Source: a virus
Direction: 5' to 3' (one strand)
Virus record (IMG/VR): IMGVR_UViG_3300032249_000925
Span: 1 to 64,000 of that record
DNA: 64,000 nucleotides
Shown: in pieces, positions 46,327 to 55,331 of the stretch
How positions within the stretch are numbered: position 1 is the first letter of the stretch
How the letters are laid out: each line of letters begins with the position of its first letter
Notes under the pieces: model-generated
The model's input: only the letters and a program-made list of their open reading frames with translations
Told to the model about the DNA's origin: nothing
The model's database searches: none
Translations under genes and position numbers: made by a program

Positions 46327-47091
46327 ATGGCAGAAGTTTTAAGCCCAGGTGGCATGATGATGGCTGGCGGAGACGGCGGTCTTGGTTTTGGTAGTGGTGG
46401 TGGTTTAATTGGTGGTCTTATTCTTGGCAGCCTACTACGTAACAATGGCAATCTACTTGGCAACGACGGCGCAGCTGCAGGTGGTGCAGTATTACGTAGC
46501 CCTCCAGAACAAGTAACAGCAAATATGTCACTAATGCAAAGCATTGGTCAAGTTGACAAAGCAGTAGCTGTTAGTACAGCTGCAATGGAAGCTAGTCAAG
46601 CTAATCAAAGTATTGGCCTTACTAATCAATTTAATAGCGTAACAGGTTCATTAGCAACTCGTGTTGAAGGTGTTAAAGATACAGTTAACAGTAATAGTGT
46701 TGCACTAATGCAGCAACTTAACACAGTTAACACAAATCTGTTAACTGGTTTTAATCAAACACAACAAGTTGTTCAAAATGATGGTGATAAAACTCGTGCA
46801 CTAATTACTGCACAGTACGAAGCTACACTTAATCGTCAGCTTTCAGACGCTAATGCAGCAGTTATTGCGCTACAAAATCGTTTTGAAAATGCTGAACGTG
46901 CACGCGGTATTGAAGTTAATACAACTACTACCGTTAATCAAATGCAGCAACAAACTCAACAGCAACAACAATATGGCCATTTAGCAAATCTAATTTACGG
47001 ATTAGGTCAAAACATTACTAACGGCGCAATTAACGTTGGTAGCGGAACACTTACCGCCAACCCAACTAACACAAATACAAGCATTCGGTAA
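46327..47091 (+). CDS. Gly-rich hydrophobic N-terminus + long coiled-coil protein of unknown function
   Basis: GLGFGSGGGLIGGLILGSLL followed by Asn/Gln-rich heptads (DGDKTRALI). Confidence 0.75.
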   Translation: MAEVLSPGGMMMAGGDGGLGFGSGGGLIGGLILGSLLRNNGNLLGNDGAAAGGAVLRSPPEQVTANMSLMQSIGQVDKAVAVSTAAMEASQANQSIGLTNQFNSVTGSLATRVEGVKDTVNSNSVALMQQLNTVNTNLLTGFNQTQQVVQNDGDKTRALITAQYEATLNRQLSDANAAVIALQNRFENAERARGIEVNTTTTVNQMQQQTQQQQQYGHLANLIYGLGQNITNGAINVGSGTLTANPTNTNTSIR

Positions 47092-47108
47092 TCCTGAAGC
47101 AAGTAAAC

Positions 47109-47142
47109 AGCCCCTTCAGTCAAAAGCTTTAGGGGCTTTTTT
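47109..47142 (+). terminator. Intrinsic terminator within the fibre operon
   Basis: agcccct...aggggct followed by ttttt. Confidence 0.65.
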
Positions 47143-47156
47143 ATAAGGATTACAAA

Positions 47157-47654
47157 ATGGCTCAACAGCAACAACAACGACAAGGAATGCCTTTTGGTTT
47201 TCCTATGACTCCTTATATAGCACCAGGAGCCCCAATTATACCGCCTTGGTGCCCTCCGCCTTTTCCAGATCATGATCTATTTATTAGATATAATCCACCT
47301 GGACCTCCCGGCCCGCCCGGACCCGAAGGCCCGCCAGGCCCGCCTGGACCACAGGGTCCCCCTGGTTCGCTGGCAAACTTGCCGGTTACCTTAGTAGATT
47401 CGGCAACTTATGCTGCTAGTAATGATGACTACTTTATTGGAGTAATTTTTGATGGCAGCACTACAATTACTTTGCCCGTTGGTACTCTTGGTAAAATATT
47501 TATTATCAAGGATAGCACGGGCGATGCACTGGCTAATCCAATTACGGTGGTTGCGCTTGCTAGTACCATTGATGGTGCGGCAAACTACATAATTGATTCG
47601 CCTTGGGGCTCCATTGGCCTTATATACAATGGAATTGAATGGAACGTAACTTAA
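47157..47654 (+). CDS. Collagen-like protein with C-terminal beta-sandwich fibre-tip domain
   Basis: (GXX)7 GPP-rich repeat; ITLP...GK.F.IKD..G...I...TIDG...L.YNG.EW. Confidence 0.75.
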   Translation: MAQQQQQRQGMPFGFPMTPYIAPGAPIIPPWCPPPFPDHDLFIRYNPPGPPGPPGPEGPPGPPGPQGPPGSLANLPVTLVDSATYAASNDDYFIGVIFDGSTTITLPVGTLGKIFIIKDSTGDALANPITVVALASTIDGAANYIIDSPWGSIGLIYNGIEWNVT

Positions 47655-47679
47655 CAGCCTGATAAAAAGGAATAATAAA

Positions 47680-48084
47680 ATGGCTTTTAATTCTCCCTTA
47701 GCTTCACCCACCAGTTATGGTGTGGTTGAAATCGGTACCGGTATTTCAGTAACCAACGGTGTGATCTCGGTCGCGCCAAATGGTCAAGTAAATACTTTTC
47801 TTGTCAACAACGCAGCTAGTCCATATACACTAGACAGTGCAGGCACTACACCTAACTACTATCTTGGAGTTGTAGGAACTGGTGCTGCTATTACTATCAA
47901 CCTTACAGCCGGAGTAGATGGCCGTGAAGTTGTAATTAAATCTGAAGCTACTAATACTAGTGACATTACAATTGTGCCTAACGGTGCAGAAACAATTGAA
48001 AATGCTGCTACATACCCAATCTTAGCTGTTACCGATGGTAGTGTAACGCTAGTTTTCCGTGGATCAAACTGGAACGCAGTTTAA
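47680..48084 (+). CDS. Fibre protein (fibre repeat + paralogous tip domain)
   Basis: YGVVEIGTGISVTNGVIS; ITINL...GRE.VIK...ETIE...TLVFRGSNW. Confidence 0.7.
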   Translation: MAFNSPLASPTSYGVVEIGTGISVTNGVISVAPNGQVNTFLVNNAASPYTLDSAGTTPNYYLGVVGTGAAITINLTAGVDGREVVIKSEATNTSDITIVPNGAETIENAATYPILAVTDGSVTLVFRGSNWNAV

Positions 48085-48100
48085 TTAACCGGGGGTTAGT

Positions 48101-48574
48101 ATGAGTTATACCAGACCCCCAGCATCTACCCTTGCAGGTGTTGCCTTAAAGCAGACACCTGCTCCCAGTACTCAGGCCTTAGTTCCTGTAGTATTAGATG
48201 CTGAAATTGCTACTGCTGGGCAACTTGGTGTTGTACAAGTAGGCAGTGGTTTATCAATTACTCCGCAAGGAGTATTAAGTGCTACGACTAGTAGCAGCTT
48301 ATTTGCAGTAAAAATAGTTTCTGCAAATTACATGGTAGTTGCTAATGACTATTATATTGGCGCTATTAAAAAAGATATTACCATAACACTTCCCCTAGGT
48401 GTAACTGGTAAAGTATATGTAGTAAAAAACGAAGAAAATGGCGAAATTACCGTAACTGGTAGTGCTGGCCAAAAAATAGACGGCAGTGTTTCTGAAAAAT
48501 TAAGTACCAATAAATCACTAATGGTTATATTTAATGGTACTGAGTGGCAATCTATTGCCAAAAATAATAGTTAA
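48101..48574 (+). CDS. Fibre protein (fibre repeat + paralogous tip domain)
   Basis: LGVVQVGSGLSITPQGVLS; ITLP...GKVYVVKN...KIDG...IFNGTEW. Confidence 0.7.
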   Translation: MSYTRPPASTLAGVALKQTPAPSTQALVPVVLDAEIATAGQLGVVQVGSGLSITPQGVLSATTSSSLFAVKIVSANYMVVANDYYIGAIKKDITITLPLGVTGKVYVVKNEENGEITVTGSAGQKIDGSVSEKLSTNKSLMVIFNGTEWQSIAKNNS

Positions 48575-48594
48575 CCCTTTAACCTTAAATTAAA

Positions 48595-48786
48595 ATGTTT
48601 ACCAACGATATTTCTAGCCTAACAGTTAATCAAATTAGCGCAGTTGAAAGCGCAGTTGAATCCCTAGACGACTTAATTGAATCTACTACCACTTTTGTTA
48701 AACAAGGTGGTCAAAGTTACAGAACTTTTTTAGAAGATCGCAAACAAGTAATTGCAAAAATCTTTAATTTACCAAACTGCAAATAG
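48595..48786 (+). CDS. Hypothetical protein
   Basis: ORF after the fibre genes. Confidence 0.5.
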   Translation: MFTNDISSLTVNQISAVESAVESLDDLIESTTTFVKQGGQSYRTFLEDRKQVIAKIFNLPNCK

Positions 48787-48865
48787 ACAAAAATTTTCAA
48801 CTTGAAATTTGCTAATGATTAGGGTATAATACTTATTCTATGGGAAATTTTAACACAGCAAAACT

Positions 48866-49081
48866 ATGCAAAAACCAAACCGCTTTGATTTTGAGCAACA
48901 AATGATGGATTGCTGGGGTGTAGTAGATGACATTAAAACCATCTACTATCTCCAAGACTTGCGAGATAGTACAGAAGACGAAATGCAGAATTTACTGCTA
49001 GGTTTGTTTACAATGTATCAGGTCAAGTTTGAAATTTTGCAAAAAATGTTTGAGGACTTGGTTCACAGCAAACAGTTGTAA
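48866..49081 (+). CDS. Conserved phage hypothetical protein
   Basis: RFDFEQQMMDCWGVVDDI. Confidence 0.65.
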   Translation: MQKPNRFDFEQQMMDCWGVVDDIKTIYYLQDLRDSTEDEMQNLLLGLFTMYQVKFEILQKMFEDLVHSKQL

Positions 49082-49151
49082 ACGGGTAGCTACTTGGCAA
49101 TACTGTCAAGTAGCACCATACCAAAGCCTAGTTTATCTGGGCTTTGGTATG

Positions 49152-49450
49152 GTTGTATGAAACAAGCCGAAAGGCGCGCTGGACGTGGGTTCGACTCCCA
49201 CCTGGTCCACCAAAAGCACATATAGTTGTCCTAGATGAAAGAAACCTCTGAGGGCTCTAGCGGGGATTATTGTGTGCTTCTGATGGGCCAGTCATGGTTT
49301 CGACAGTGTGATAAGTATGCAAGTGGACAACTCGGTAGGCGATCTCCGCAAAAGAAGCAAACTATATAAATGCCAACGATGAGGTATTTGCTCTAGCCGC
49401 TTAAGCTAGTGCCGAGGTATGCCCCCGCCTTGTAACCAAGGGGGGCTTTT
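49152..49450 (+). ncRNA. ssrA: Circularly permuted (two-piece) tmRNA, tag ANDEVFALAA
   Basis: T-arm and acceptor 3' strand ...GGTTCGACTCC...CTGGTCCACCA (ends 49212) precede the 5' strand GGGCCAG..TTCGAC (49285), giving a G3:U70 pair; ATAAAT-GCC resume site; tag ORF 49372-49404. Confidence 0.9.
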
Positions 49451-49465
49451 TATCGGATAAATCTT

Positions 49466-50098
49466 ATGGCTAACAAAAAACTTGATAGTGATGATTTTAT
49501 GCTGGACACAGGTCTTAGCCGAGGATTTCGTAAATCTGGTTCTGCTATCTACGAGTTCTACCTAAGTGGAACTATTACAGGACCTGAAGACTATATTGAG
49601 TGGTTTAACACTATTCGTAGTGCAGGACCACAAGACGAAGTAAAAATTTATATTAACAGCAGCGGCGGCGATTTAAATTGTGCACTACAATTTATGCGTG
49701 TACTTAGTGAAACACAGGCCACTGTTATTTGTAGTGTTGAAGGCAGTTGCATGAGTGCTGCTACAATGATCTTTTTATGTGCTGATGTATTTGAGGTTAC
49801 TCCACACAGTTTATTTATGTTTCATAACTACAGCGGCGGCATTTTTGGCAAAGGCGGCGAGATCTATGATCAAGCTGTTTTTGAACGTGAGTGGTCTAAG
49901 CAGTTTTTACAGCATATTTACAAAAATTTCTTAACCAGCAAAGAAATTGATAGTTTACTAGAAAACAAAGACTTGTGGCTACACAGCGAAGAAGTAAGTA
50001 ATCGTGTAGAAAAATTGTGTGAAGCTAGAACTAAGGAACAAGAAGATGCTCGTAACGCCCTGTCAGGGGATTTGCAAGATGAATCCAACAACGAATAA
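49466..50098 (+). CDS. clpP: ClpP-like protease
   Basis: IYINSSGG, CMSAATMIF, FMFHN, DLWL. Confidence 0.85.
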   Translation: MANKKLDSDDFMLDTGLSRGFRKSGSAIYEFYLSGTITGPEDYIEWFNTIRSAGPQDEVKIYINSSGGDLNCALQFMRVLSETQATVICSVEGSCMSAATMIFLCADVFEVTPHSLFMFHNYSGGIFGKGGEIYDQAVFEREWSKQFLQHIYKNFLTSKEIDSLLENKDLWLHSEEVSNRVEKLCEARTKEQEDARNALSGDLQDESNNE

Positions 50099-50228
50099 GT
50101 GTATTGGGTGTTTTAGAACACTAGAAGAAATTACTGACTGGACTAGTTATACAGAACAACAAAGATTGGATGTAATGCAAAGGTTGTATTATGAAAACGA
50201 TTTTGTCTTTGTTCGACTACAGCGGTAA
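50046..50228 (+). CDS. DUF1289 Cys-rich protein
   Basis: TPCQGIC...CIGCFRTLEEI..W. Confidence 0.75.
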   Translation: MLVTPCQGICKMNPTTNKCIGCFRTLEEITDWTSYTEQQRLDVMQRLYYENDFVFVRLQR

Positions 50229-50754
50229 TTGGCCTAAGTACTACCGCGAAGCTGGTTACAATGTACTACAAGTAGATATTAAACATGATATTGATATTCT
50301 AGAGCTACAACCCGAGGATTTGCCTAAAGAAATTTATGGTATTTTAGCAGCTCCGCCTTGCACAGACTTTGCTGGCAGTGGCGCACAATATTGGAAACAA
50401 AAAGATCTAGACGGCAGAACTGATCAAAGCTTAAAGCTAGTAGACAAAGTTTTGCGAATGGTAGACTACTATAATCCACAATTCTGGGCACTAGAAAATC
50501 CAGTTGGCAGACTACAAAAACTGCGTCCTGAATTGGGCGATCCCTGGTATTTTCAGCCACACTGGTTTGGAGATGCCTATACCAAGAAAACTGGATTATG
50601 GGGCAAGTTTAACCGTGACTTGCCTAAGTCTCCGGTAGAGCCTGACCCTAATTCGTGGATAATGAAACTGGGGGGCAAATCGGAACGAACTAAAGAATTA
50701 CGATCAATGACACCGCTGGGATTTGCTTTTGCATTTTTCCTAGCTAATCCATAG
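50191..50754 (+). CDS. DNA cytosine-C5 methyltransferase (short phage type)
   Basis: LSLFDYSG, AAPPCTDF, LENPVG, YTKKT. Confidence 0.8.
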   Translation: MKTILSLFDYSGNWPKYYREAGYNVLQVDIKHDIDILELQPEDLPKEIYGILAAPPCTDFAGSGAQYWKQKDLDGRTDQSLKLVDKVLRMVDYYNPQFWALENPVGRLQKLRPELGDPWYFQPHWFGDAYTKKTGLWGKFNRDLPKSPVEPDPNSWIMKLGGKSERTKELRSMTPLGFAFAFFLANP

Positions 50755-50762
50755 AGGTTAAT

Positions 50763-51356
50763 ATGGCGGAAACTTATACGCCCACAACGGGCATGGCAAC
50801 AGCAGCTAAGCGTGCGCTTAAATGGCGTGAAGAAGGCTATCCTGGTGGCACACTAGTAGGCCTAGCCAGAGCTAATCAACTTAAAAATCGTGAACCACTA
50901 AGCGCTAGTGTTGTGCTTAGAATGCATAGTTTTTTTAGCAGACACGAAGTAGATAAGCGCGCAACTGGTTTTAATAGCGGCGAAGAGGGCTTTCCTAGCA
51001 AAGGTAGAGTAGCTTGGGATTTATGGGGCGGCGATGGCGGCCAGACCTGGGCAGAGGCTAAACGCAATCAGATTATGCGTGATCGTGAAGGCAAAGCAAT
51101 AAAATTAGTTAAGATTAGTACAAAATCTACTATGCCACAGTATATGTTAGATGTAGTAGCACAGTATTTAGAAGACTATGCAAATGAAAATATTAGTGAA
51201 AGCCTAGAAGCATTTGGTCAATTTATGTATCATGCTGAATTACTTAGAAATTGTCACTTAGATATTTACTTACTAGACCTACACATGGTTGAACAACCAT
51301 ATCGTGATATATTAGTAAATGTATTTATGGAACTAGAAAGCAAATACGACGATTAA
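50763..51356 (+). CDS. Conserved phage hypothetical protein
   Basis: GGTLVGLARANQL...RMHSFFSRH...AWDLWGG. Confidence 0.65.
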   Translation: MAETYTPTTGMATAAKRALKWREEGYPGGTLVGLARANQLKNREPLSASVVLRMHSFFSRHEVDKRATGFNSGEEGFPSKGRVAWDLWGGDGGQTWAEAKRNQIMRDREGKAIKLVKISTKSTMPQYMLDVVAQYLEDYANENISESLEAFGQFMYHAELLRNCHLDIYLLDLHMVEQPYRDILVNVFMELESKYDD

Positions 51357-51405
51357 GTTTGTGTCCCCGTGTGTGCTTGTAGCACTATCGGGGACTTTTT
51401 ATTTA

Positions 51406-51482
<77 letters not shown>

Positions 51483-51486
51483 GAAA

Positions 51487-51562
51487 CTGCCCATAGCTCA
51501 GTGGATAGAGCAACAGCCTTCTAAGCTGTTGGTCGAAGGTTCGATTCCTTCTGGGCAGGCCA
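51487..51562 (+). tRNA. tRNA-Arg(TCT)
   Basis: Loop CTTCTAA; encoded CCA. Confidence 0.95.
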
Positions 51563-51568
51563 AACAAT

Positions 51569-51643
51569 TCCTTAGTAGCTCAGCGGTAGAGCAGCAGACT
51601 GTTAATCTGTTGGTCCGTGGTTCGATCCCACGCTGGGGAGCCA
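51569..51643 (+). tRNA. tRNA-Asn(GTT)
   Basis: Loop CTGTTAA; encoded CCA. Confidence 0.95.
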
Positions 51644-51650
51644 AATTTAT

Positions 51651-51724
51651 GCCGGTGTAGTATAATGGCAGTGCGGCGGTCTCCAAAACCGCTAGTGGTG
51701 GTTCGATTCCATCCACCGGTGCCA
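51651..51724 (+). tRNA. tRNA-Trp(CCA)
   Basis: Loop CTCCAAA; encoded CCA. Confidence 0.9.
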
Positions 51725-51821
51725 ATTGCCTTGCCACCACAAAAATTATTTTCTTGAAAATAATAGTTAACTTTGCTATAATATTTGTTCTCGGAAATTA
51801 TTTTTAAAAAGGACCAAGCAC

Positions 51822-52136
51822 ATGAAAATTTATTTTGGATCGCAAGAAAAAGATGTAGTACTTGATACTGATGGTATGTTTTACACTGAAGCTGAACCAG
51901 ACTTCTACTTTTACTACGGCCTAGAATTTGGAACTAATCCTGGCGGTACTAATGAAGTAATGATTTTTGATGGTTGTGAGCGTGCCGTTCCTGTAGACAT
52001 TGAGTCTGTTCCTGCATTAATTGAAGCTCTTCAGCGCTGTTATGATATGCATCAACAGATTGAGCATGCTGAACAGCTAAAACTTAATATAGAAGACGAC
52101 AACTACGAAACCGCTATCGTTTTTGATGACGAATAA
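51822..52136 (+). CDS. Hypothetical acidic protein
   Basis: Promoter and AAGGA RBS. Confidence 0.6.
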   Translation: MKIYFGSQEKDVVLDTDGMFYTEAEPDFYFYYGLEFGTNPGGTNEVMIFDGCERAVPVDIESVPALIEALQRCYDMHQQIEHAEQLKLNIEDDNYETAIVFDDE

Positions 52137-52371
52137 TCCTATTAAAGAATTGTTATTTGAATTAGGTACTAGTAGTCAAGAAATTACTCTTGACTACTTA
52201 CACAAAGTTAATAAGCTGTTGCTAAACCACGGTGTTGATCTTAAAACTTATGGTCATATATTTAACTTTTTAGAGTACTTAGAAGAAAATAATTGTGTTA
52301 AAATACACAAAGATAATAACAAAGACGTTTTTGTATTAACAGGACTACATAACTATGGCAAAAACATCTAG
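52123..52371 (+). CDS. Hypothetical protein
   Basis: Coupled ORF. Confidence 0.55.
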   Translation: MMTNNPIKELLFELGTSSQEITLDYLHKVNKLLLNHGVDLKTYGHIFNFLEYLEENNCVKIHKDNNKDVFVLTGLHNYGKNI

Positions 52372-52735
52372 TAAAGGCAAACAAGCCTGCTACGACCTTT
52401 ATAAAAGTAAACAAACTTGGAAACACAATCGTGAACGCAAACTACTGCGTGCACTACAAAAAAATCCTGGTAATAGCAAACAAATTGAAGCTGCTATAAA
52501 AAACATTACATATAGGCGTAAAACACCCAACTCCACAATCTGGAATAAAACTAGAATTCGTGAAGCACAACTAATACGACAAGTATGCGGCAGTTGTCCA
52601 CATGATATATTTAGTAGTAATTCTAAAATTGCAGATTCTACACTAGCAAGTTTAAGAACTAACTTTAACCCTAAAGCGTTGCAAGCGCAAACAGTTAGTT
52701 TTAAGCTAGGGGATAGAGCCATATGGAAACTGTAA
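52355..52735 (+). CDS. Hypothetical basic protein
   Basis: NRERKL.R.L..NP.N...YRRKTP; AGGA RBS. Confidence 0.6.
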   Translation: MAKTSSKGKQACYDLYKSKQTWKHNRERKLLRALQKNPGNSKQIEAAIKNITYRRKTPNSTIWNKTRIREAQLIRQVCGSCPHDIFSSNSKIADSTLASLRTNFNPKALQAQTVSFKLGDRAIWKL

Positions 52736-52983
52736 CCCTATACCTAATCTTTTGTATAACCACTTCGATTTGTTGTTTATATGAAATAATTTGGCCCGCT
52801 ATGCGGGGCGCTAAACAAGAAGGCATTGTAAATCCATTTACTGAACAACCACTACTAAGTTCAATAGTATTTTTTATAATTAATGCGTTGTTTGCACCTA
52901 TAATTATTTTTGTACTATTTGTTCCTAAAATGTTTGAACAAGCCAGCTTAGGAATCAACAAAGCAATTAGAGAAGCCAAATAA
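52723..52983 (+). CDS. Membrane protein
   Basis: Two hydrophobic segments. Confidence 0.6.
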   Translation: METVTLYLIFCITTSICCLYEIIWPAMRGAKQEGIVNPFTEQPLLSSIVFFIINALFAPIIIFVLFVPKMFEQASLGINKAIREAK

Positions 52984-53046
52984 CACACTTGAATTTGCAA
53001 TCAATTGTTGATATAATATTATTTCTGTTGCAATAAAGGATTTAAG

Positions 53047-53319
53047 ATGAAACTTATGCAATTTATGTACACAAAAACCAATGGTGATAAAAGTGATCGC
53101 GCTATTGTTGTTACACAAGAGCCTACTCACCTAATTGCTGGCTTTGATGTTAGTGAGTTGCCTGAAATAGAATTTGAAGTATTTACTCGTGAAATGCGCG
53201 AACTAAAAAATCGTCAACATGAAGAAATGCTAGAACTTGTAGCAAAGCACGATCTAAAGCACAACTATCGTCAGTTTACTCCAAGTAAAATGACTAATGT
53301 AACTACTGAACTTATTTAA
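53047..53319 (+). CDS. Hypothetical protein
   Basis: F.YTK..G..S.R...NYRQF; AAGGA RBS. Confidence 0.65.
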   Translation: MKLMQFMYTKTNGDKSDRAIVVTQEPTHLIAGFDVSELPEIEFEVFTREMRELKNRQHEEMLELVAKHDLKHNYRQFTPSKMTNVTTELI

Positions 53320-53328
53320 GGAAATATT

Positions 53329-53691
53329 ATGACACAATGGAATGACGAACTCAAAGCTAATGTAATTAAAATGTATCAAGACGCAGAGCCAACGCCTGAG
53401 TCTAGTACTGAAATTATCAAAGACATTGCCGAAGAAATTGAAGCCTCGCCTAACGGCGTTCGTATGGTACTAGTTCAAGCCGGTGTTTATGTTAAAAAAG
53501 ATGCAACAGCCGCTAAGCCTAGTGGTGATAAAAAAGCTGCTGGTGATGCACCTAAACGTGTAAGCAAAGAATCCTCAATTGCTGATCTCAAAGCTGCAAT
53601 TGAAGCTAAAGGTGCTCCGGTTGATGACGACATTCTTGGCAAACTGACTGGCAAAGCAGCAGTGTACTTTTTGAGTGTGCTTAAAGCATAA
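53329..53691 (+). CDS. T5 D3-like DNA-binding protein
   Basis: MTQWNDELK...SPNGVRMVLVQAGVYVKK...KLTGKAAVYF. Confidence 0.75.
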   Translation: MTQWNDELKANVIKMYQDAEPTPESSTEIIKDIAEEIEASPNGVRMVLVQAGVYVKKDATAAKPSGDKKAAGDAPKRVSKESSIADLKAAIEAKGAPVDDDILGKLTGKAAVYFLSVLKA

Positions 53692-53735
53692 AAATAGGCA
53701 GCCTAGTGCTGCCTTTTGTTATTTAAGGATGTATT

Positions 53736-54359
53736 ATGGCTCGTAAACGCACTGAACTTGAACAAGAACGCATGACTGACGCTAATATTGAGCGCGTTAT
53801 TGGCTTGCTTGAACCTAAAGAGCAAGGCGTTAAACCTATTACTAAAAAAGATGCTTGCCAAATCTTAGGCATGAGCTATAATACTACCAGGCTTGATCAA
53901 ATTATTCAAACACACAAGGACCGCAAGGAGAAGACTGCTAAACGCAGAGCTGAAAAACGCGGCAAACCTATTACACTAGACGAAGTACAGTTTATAATTC
54001 AAAGCTATCTTGCTGGCGAGCCTGTAAGTGAAATCAGCAATAATACCTATCGCGGCACTCAGCTTATTAAGCAAGTTCTAGATACACACAATGTGCCTGT
54101 TCGTAAAAGTAGCCCAGACTATTTTAAGCCTGAGTTAATTCCTGAAGGTGCTATGCAAGACAAATTTGTTATAGGCGAAGTAGTGTACAGTGCTCGTTAT
54201 GATTCTATGTGCAAAATACAAGCAGAACAAACACATCCAGAATATGGTTGGATTTATCGAGTATGGCTGCTTAGCGAGCGCTGGTTACAAAGCGCATATC
54301 AACCAGCTTGTGAATTAGCTAGTCTTAAACATTTGCGTGAACTAGGAATTAAAGTTTAA
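53736..54359 (+). CDS. Conserved T5-like hypothetical DNA-binding protein
   Basis: TKKDACQILGMSYNTTRL; YL.GEPVSEI. Confidence 0.65.
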   Translation: MARKRTELEQERMTDANIERVIGLLEPKEQGVKPITKKDACQILGMSYNTTRLDQIIQTHKDRKEKTAKRRAEKRGKPITLDEVQFIIQSYLAGEPVSEISNNTYRGTQLIKQVLDTHNVPVRKSSPDYFKPELIPEGAMQDKFVIGEVVYSARYDSMCKIQAEQTHPEYGWIYRVWLLSERWLQSAYQPACELASLKHLRELGIKV

Positions 54360-54646
54360 TGGATTCAAATATTCTATATGAAAAATTAATTGAGGAAAAC
54401 TTAGATAAAGGTTTTCAGGTTAGGCTAGTAGTCAATGACTTTAAAGACGTTACTTACCTACAGCTTAGAAAATATTTTTTAAGCTATGAAGGTGACTGGA
54501 TTCCTAGTCGCGAAGGTGTAAGTATTCCCGCCTCACTACAAAATATCTATAGTTTGCTAGACGGATTATTTGATATTTGTAGTCAAGCAGAAGGTGAAGA
54601 AATTATTAAAAGCTATGCTCGTCAGTTACTAGAAAAACCTACTTGA
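54359..54646 (+). CDS. PC4-like ssDNA-binding protein
   Basis: VRLVVNDFKDVTYLQLRKYF...W.PSREGVSIP. Confidence 0.7.
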   Translation: MDSNILYEKLIEENLDKGFQVRLVVNDFKDVTYLQLRKYFLSYEGDWIPSREGVSIPASLQNIYSLLDGLFDICSQAEGEEIIKSYARQLLEKPT

Positions 54647-54698
54647 TTTTAGCCCATTAAACTGGTATAATATATTATATTTTGAATAAGGAAATATC

Positions 54699-55331
54699 TT
54701 GAAACAAACCGTTGCAATTTTTGTTCATGATCCTGTGTGTGAAGTAGAGTGTGCACTTGCTATGGAAGCCGCACTTGAAGATAAATTTGAAGTAAAACTA
54801 TTTGGCATTGAAGATCTTAACAGTAAATTTTTGCTTAATGTAAATATTTTGGCTTTTCCTGGCGGTATTGGTGAAAGTGATCAGTTTGATGAAATTTTTG
54901 AGCCAGATCATGTTGACGCAGTTCGTGACTTTGTTAGTGATGGTGGCAAATATTTAGGTATTTGTATGGGCGCTTACTGGGCTGGCAGCTATTACTTTGA
55001 TATTCTTCACGGTATTGAGCCTGTGCGATATATTTCTCAAACAGATGCAGACATTATAACCGAAGGCCCTACCCTTGCTTGTGTAGAGTGGAATGGCAAA
55101 CAAGAAGATATGTATTTTTATGATGGCTGCGCTTTTGTTGGTAACTTAAGTTTTATTGATGTTATTGCTACTTATGCCAACGGCGATGCAATGGCAGTTT
55201 ATCAAAACACAGTAGGTTTGATTGGTTGTCATCCAGAAAGCGAACAGTGGTGGTATGAGCTAGATGACTTTGTTGGTTGGCACGAAGGGTATCATAATCA
55301 ACTTTTTTGTGAGTTTGTGGAAGGTCTATGA
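54699..55331 (+). CDS. BPL_N / class I glutamine amidotransferase-like protein
   Basis: FPGG, GGKYLGICMGAY, GCHPE. Confidence 0.75.
   Translation: MKQTVAIFVHDPVCEVECALAMEAALEDKFEVKLFGIEDLNSKFLLNVNILAFPGGIGESDQFDEIFEPDHVDAVRDFVSDGGKYLGICMGAYWAGSYYFDILHGIEPVRYISQTDADIITEGPTLACVEWNGKQEDMYFYDGCAFVGNLSFIDVIATYANGDAMAVYQNTVGLIGCHPESEQWWYELDDFVGWHEGYHNQLFCEFVEGL

Noticed and set aside
49180-49212. Truncated tRNA / integration attachment site
   Set aside because: Explained as the acceptor piece of a permuted tmRNA; no integrase in the window
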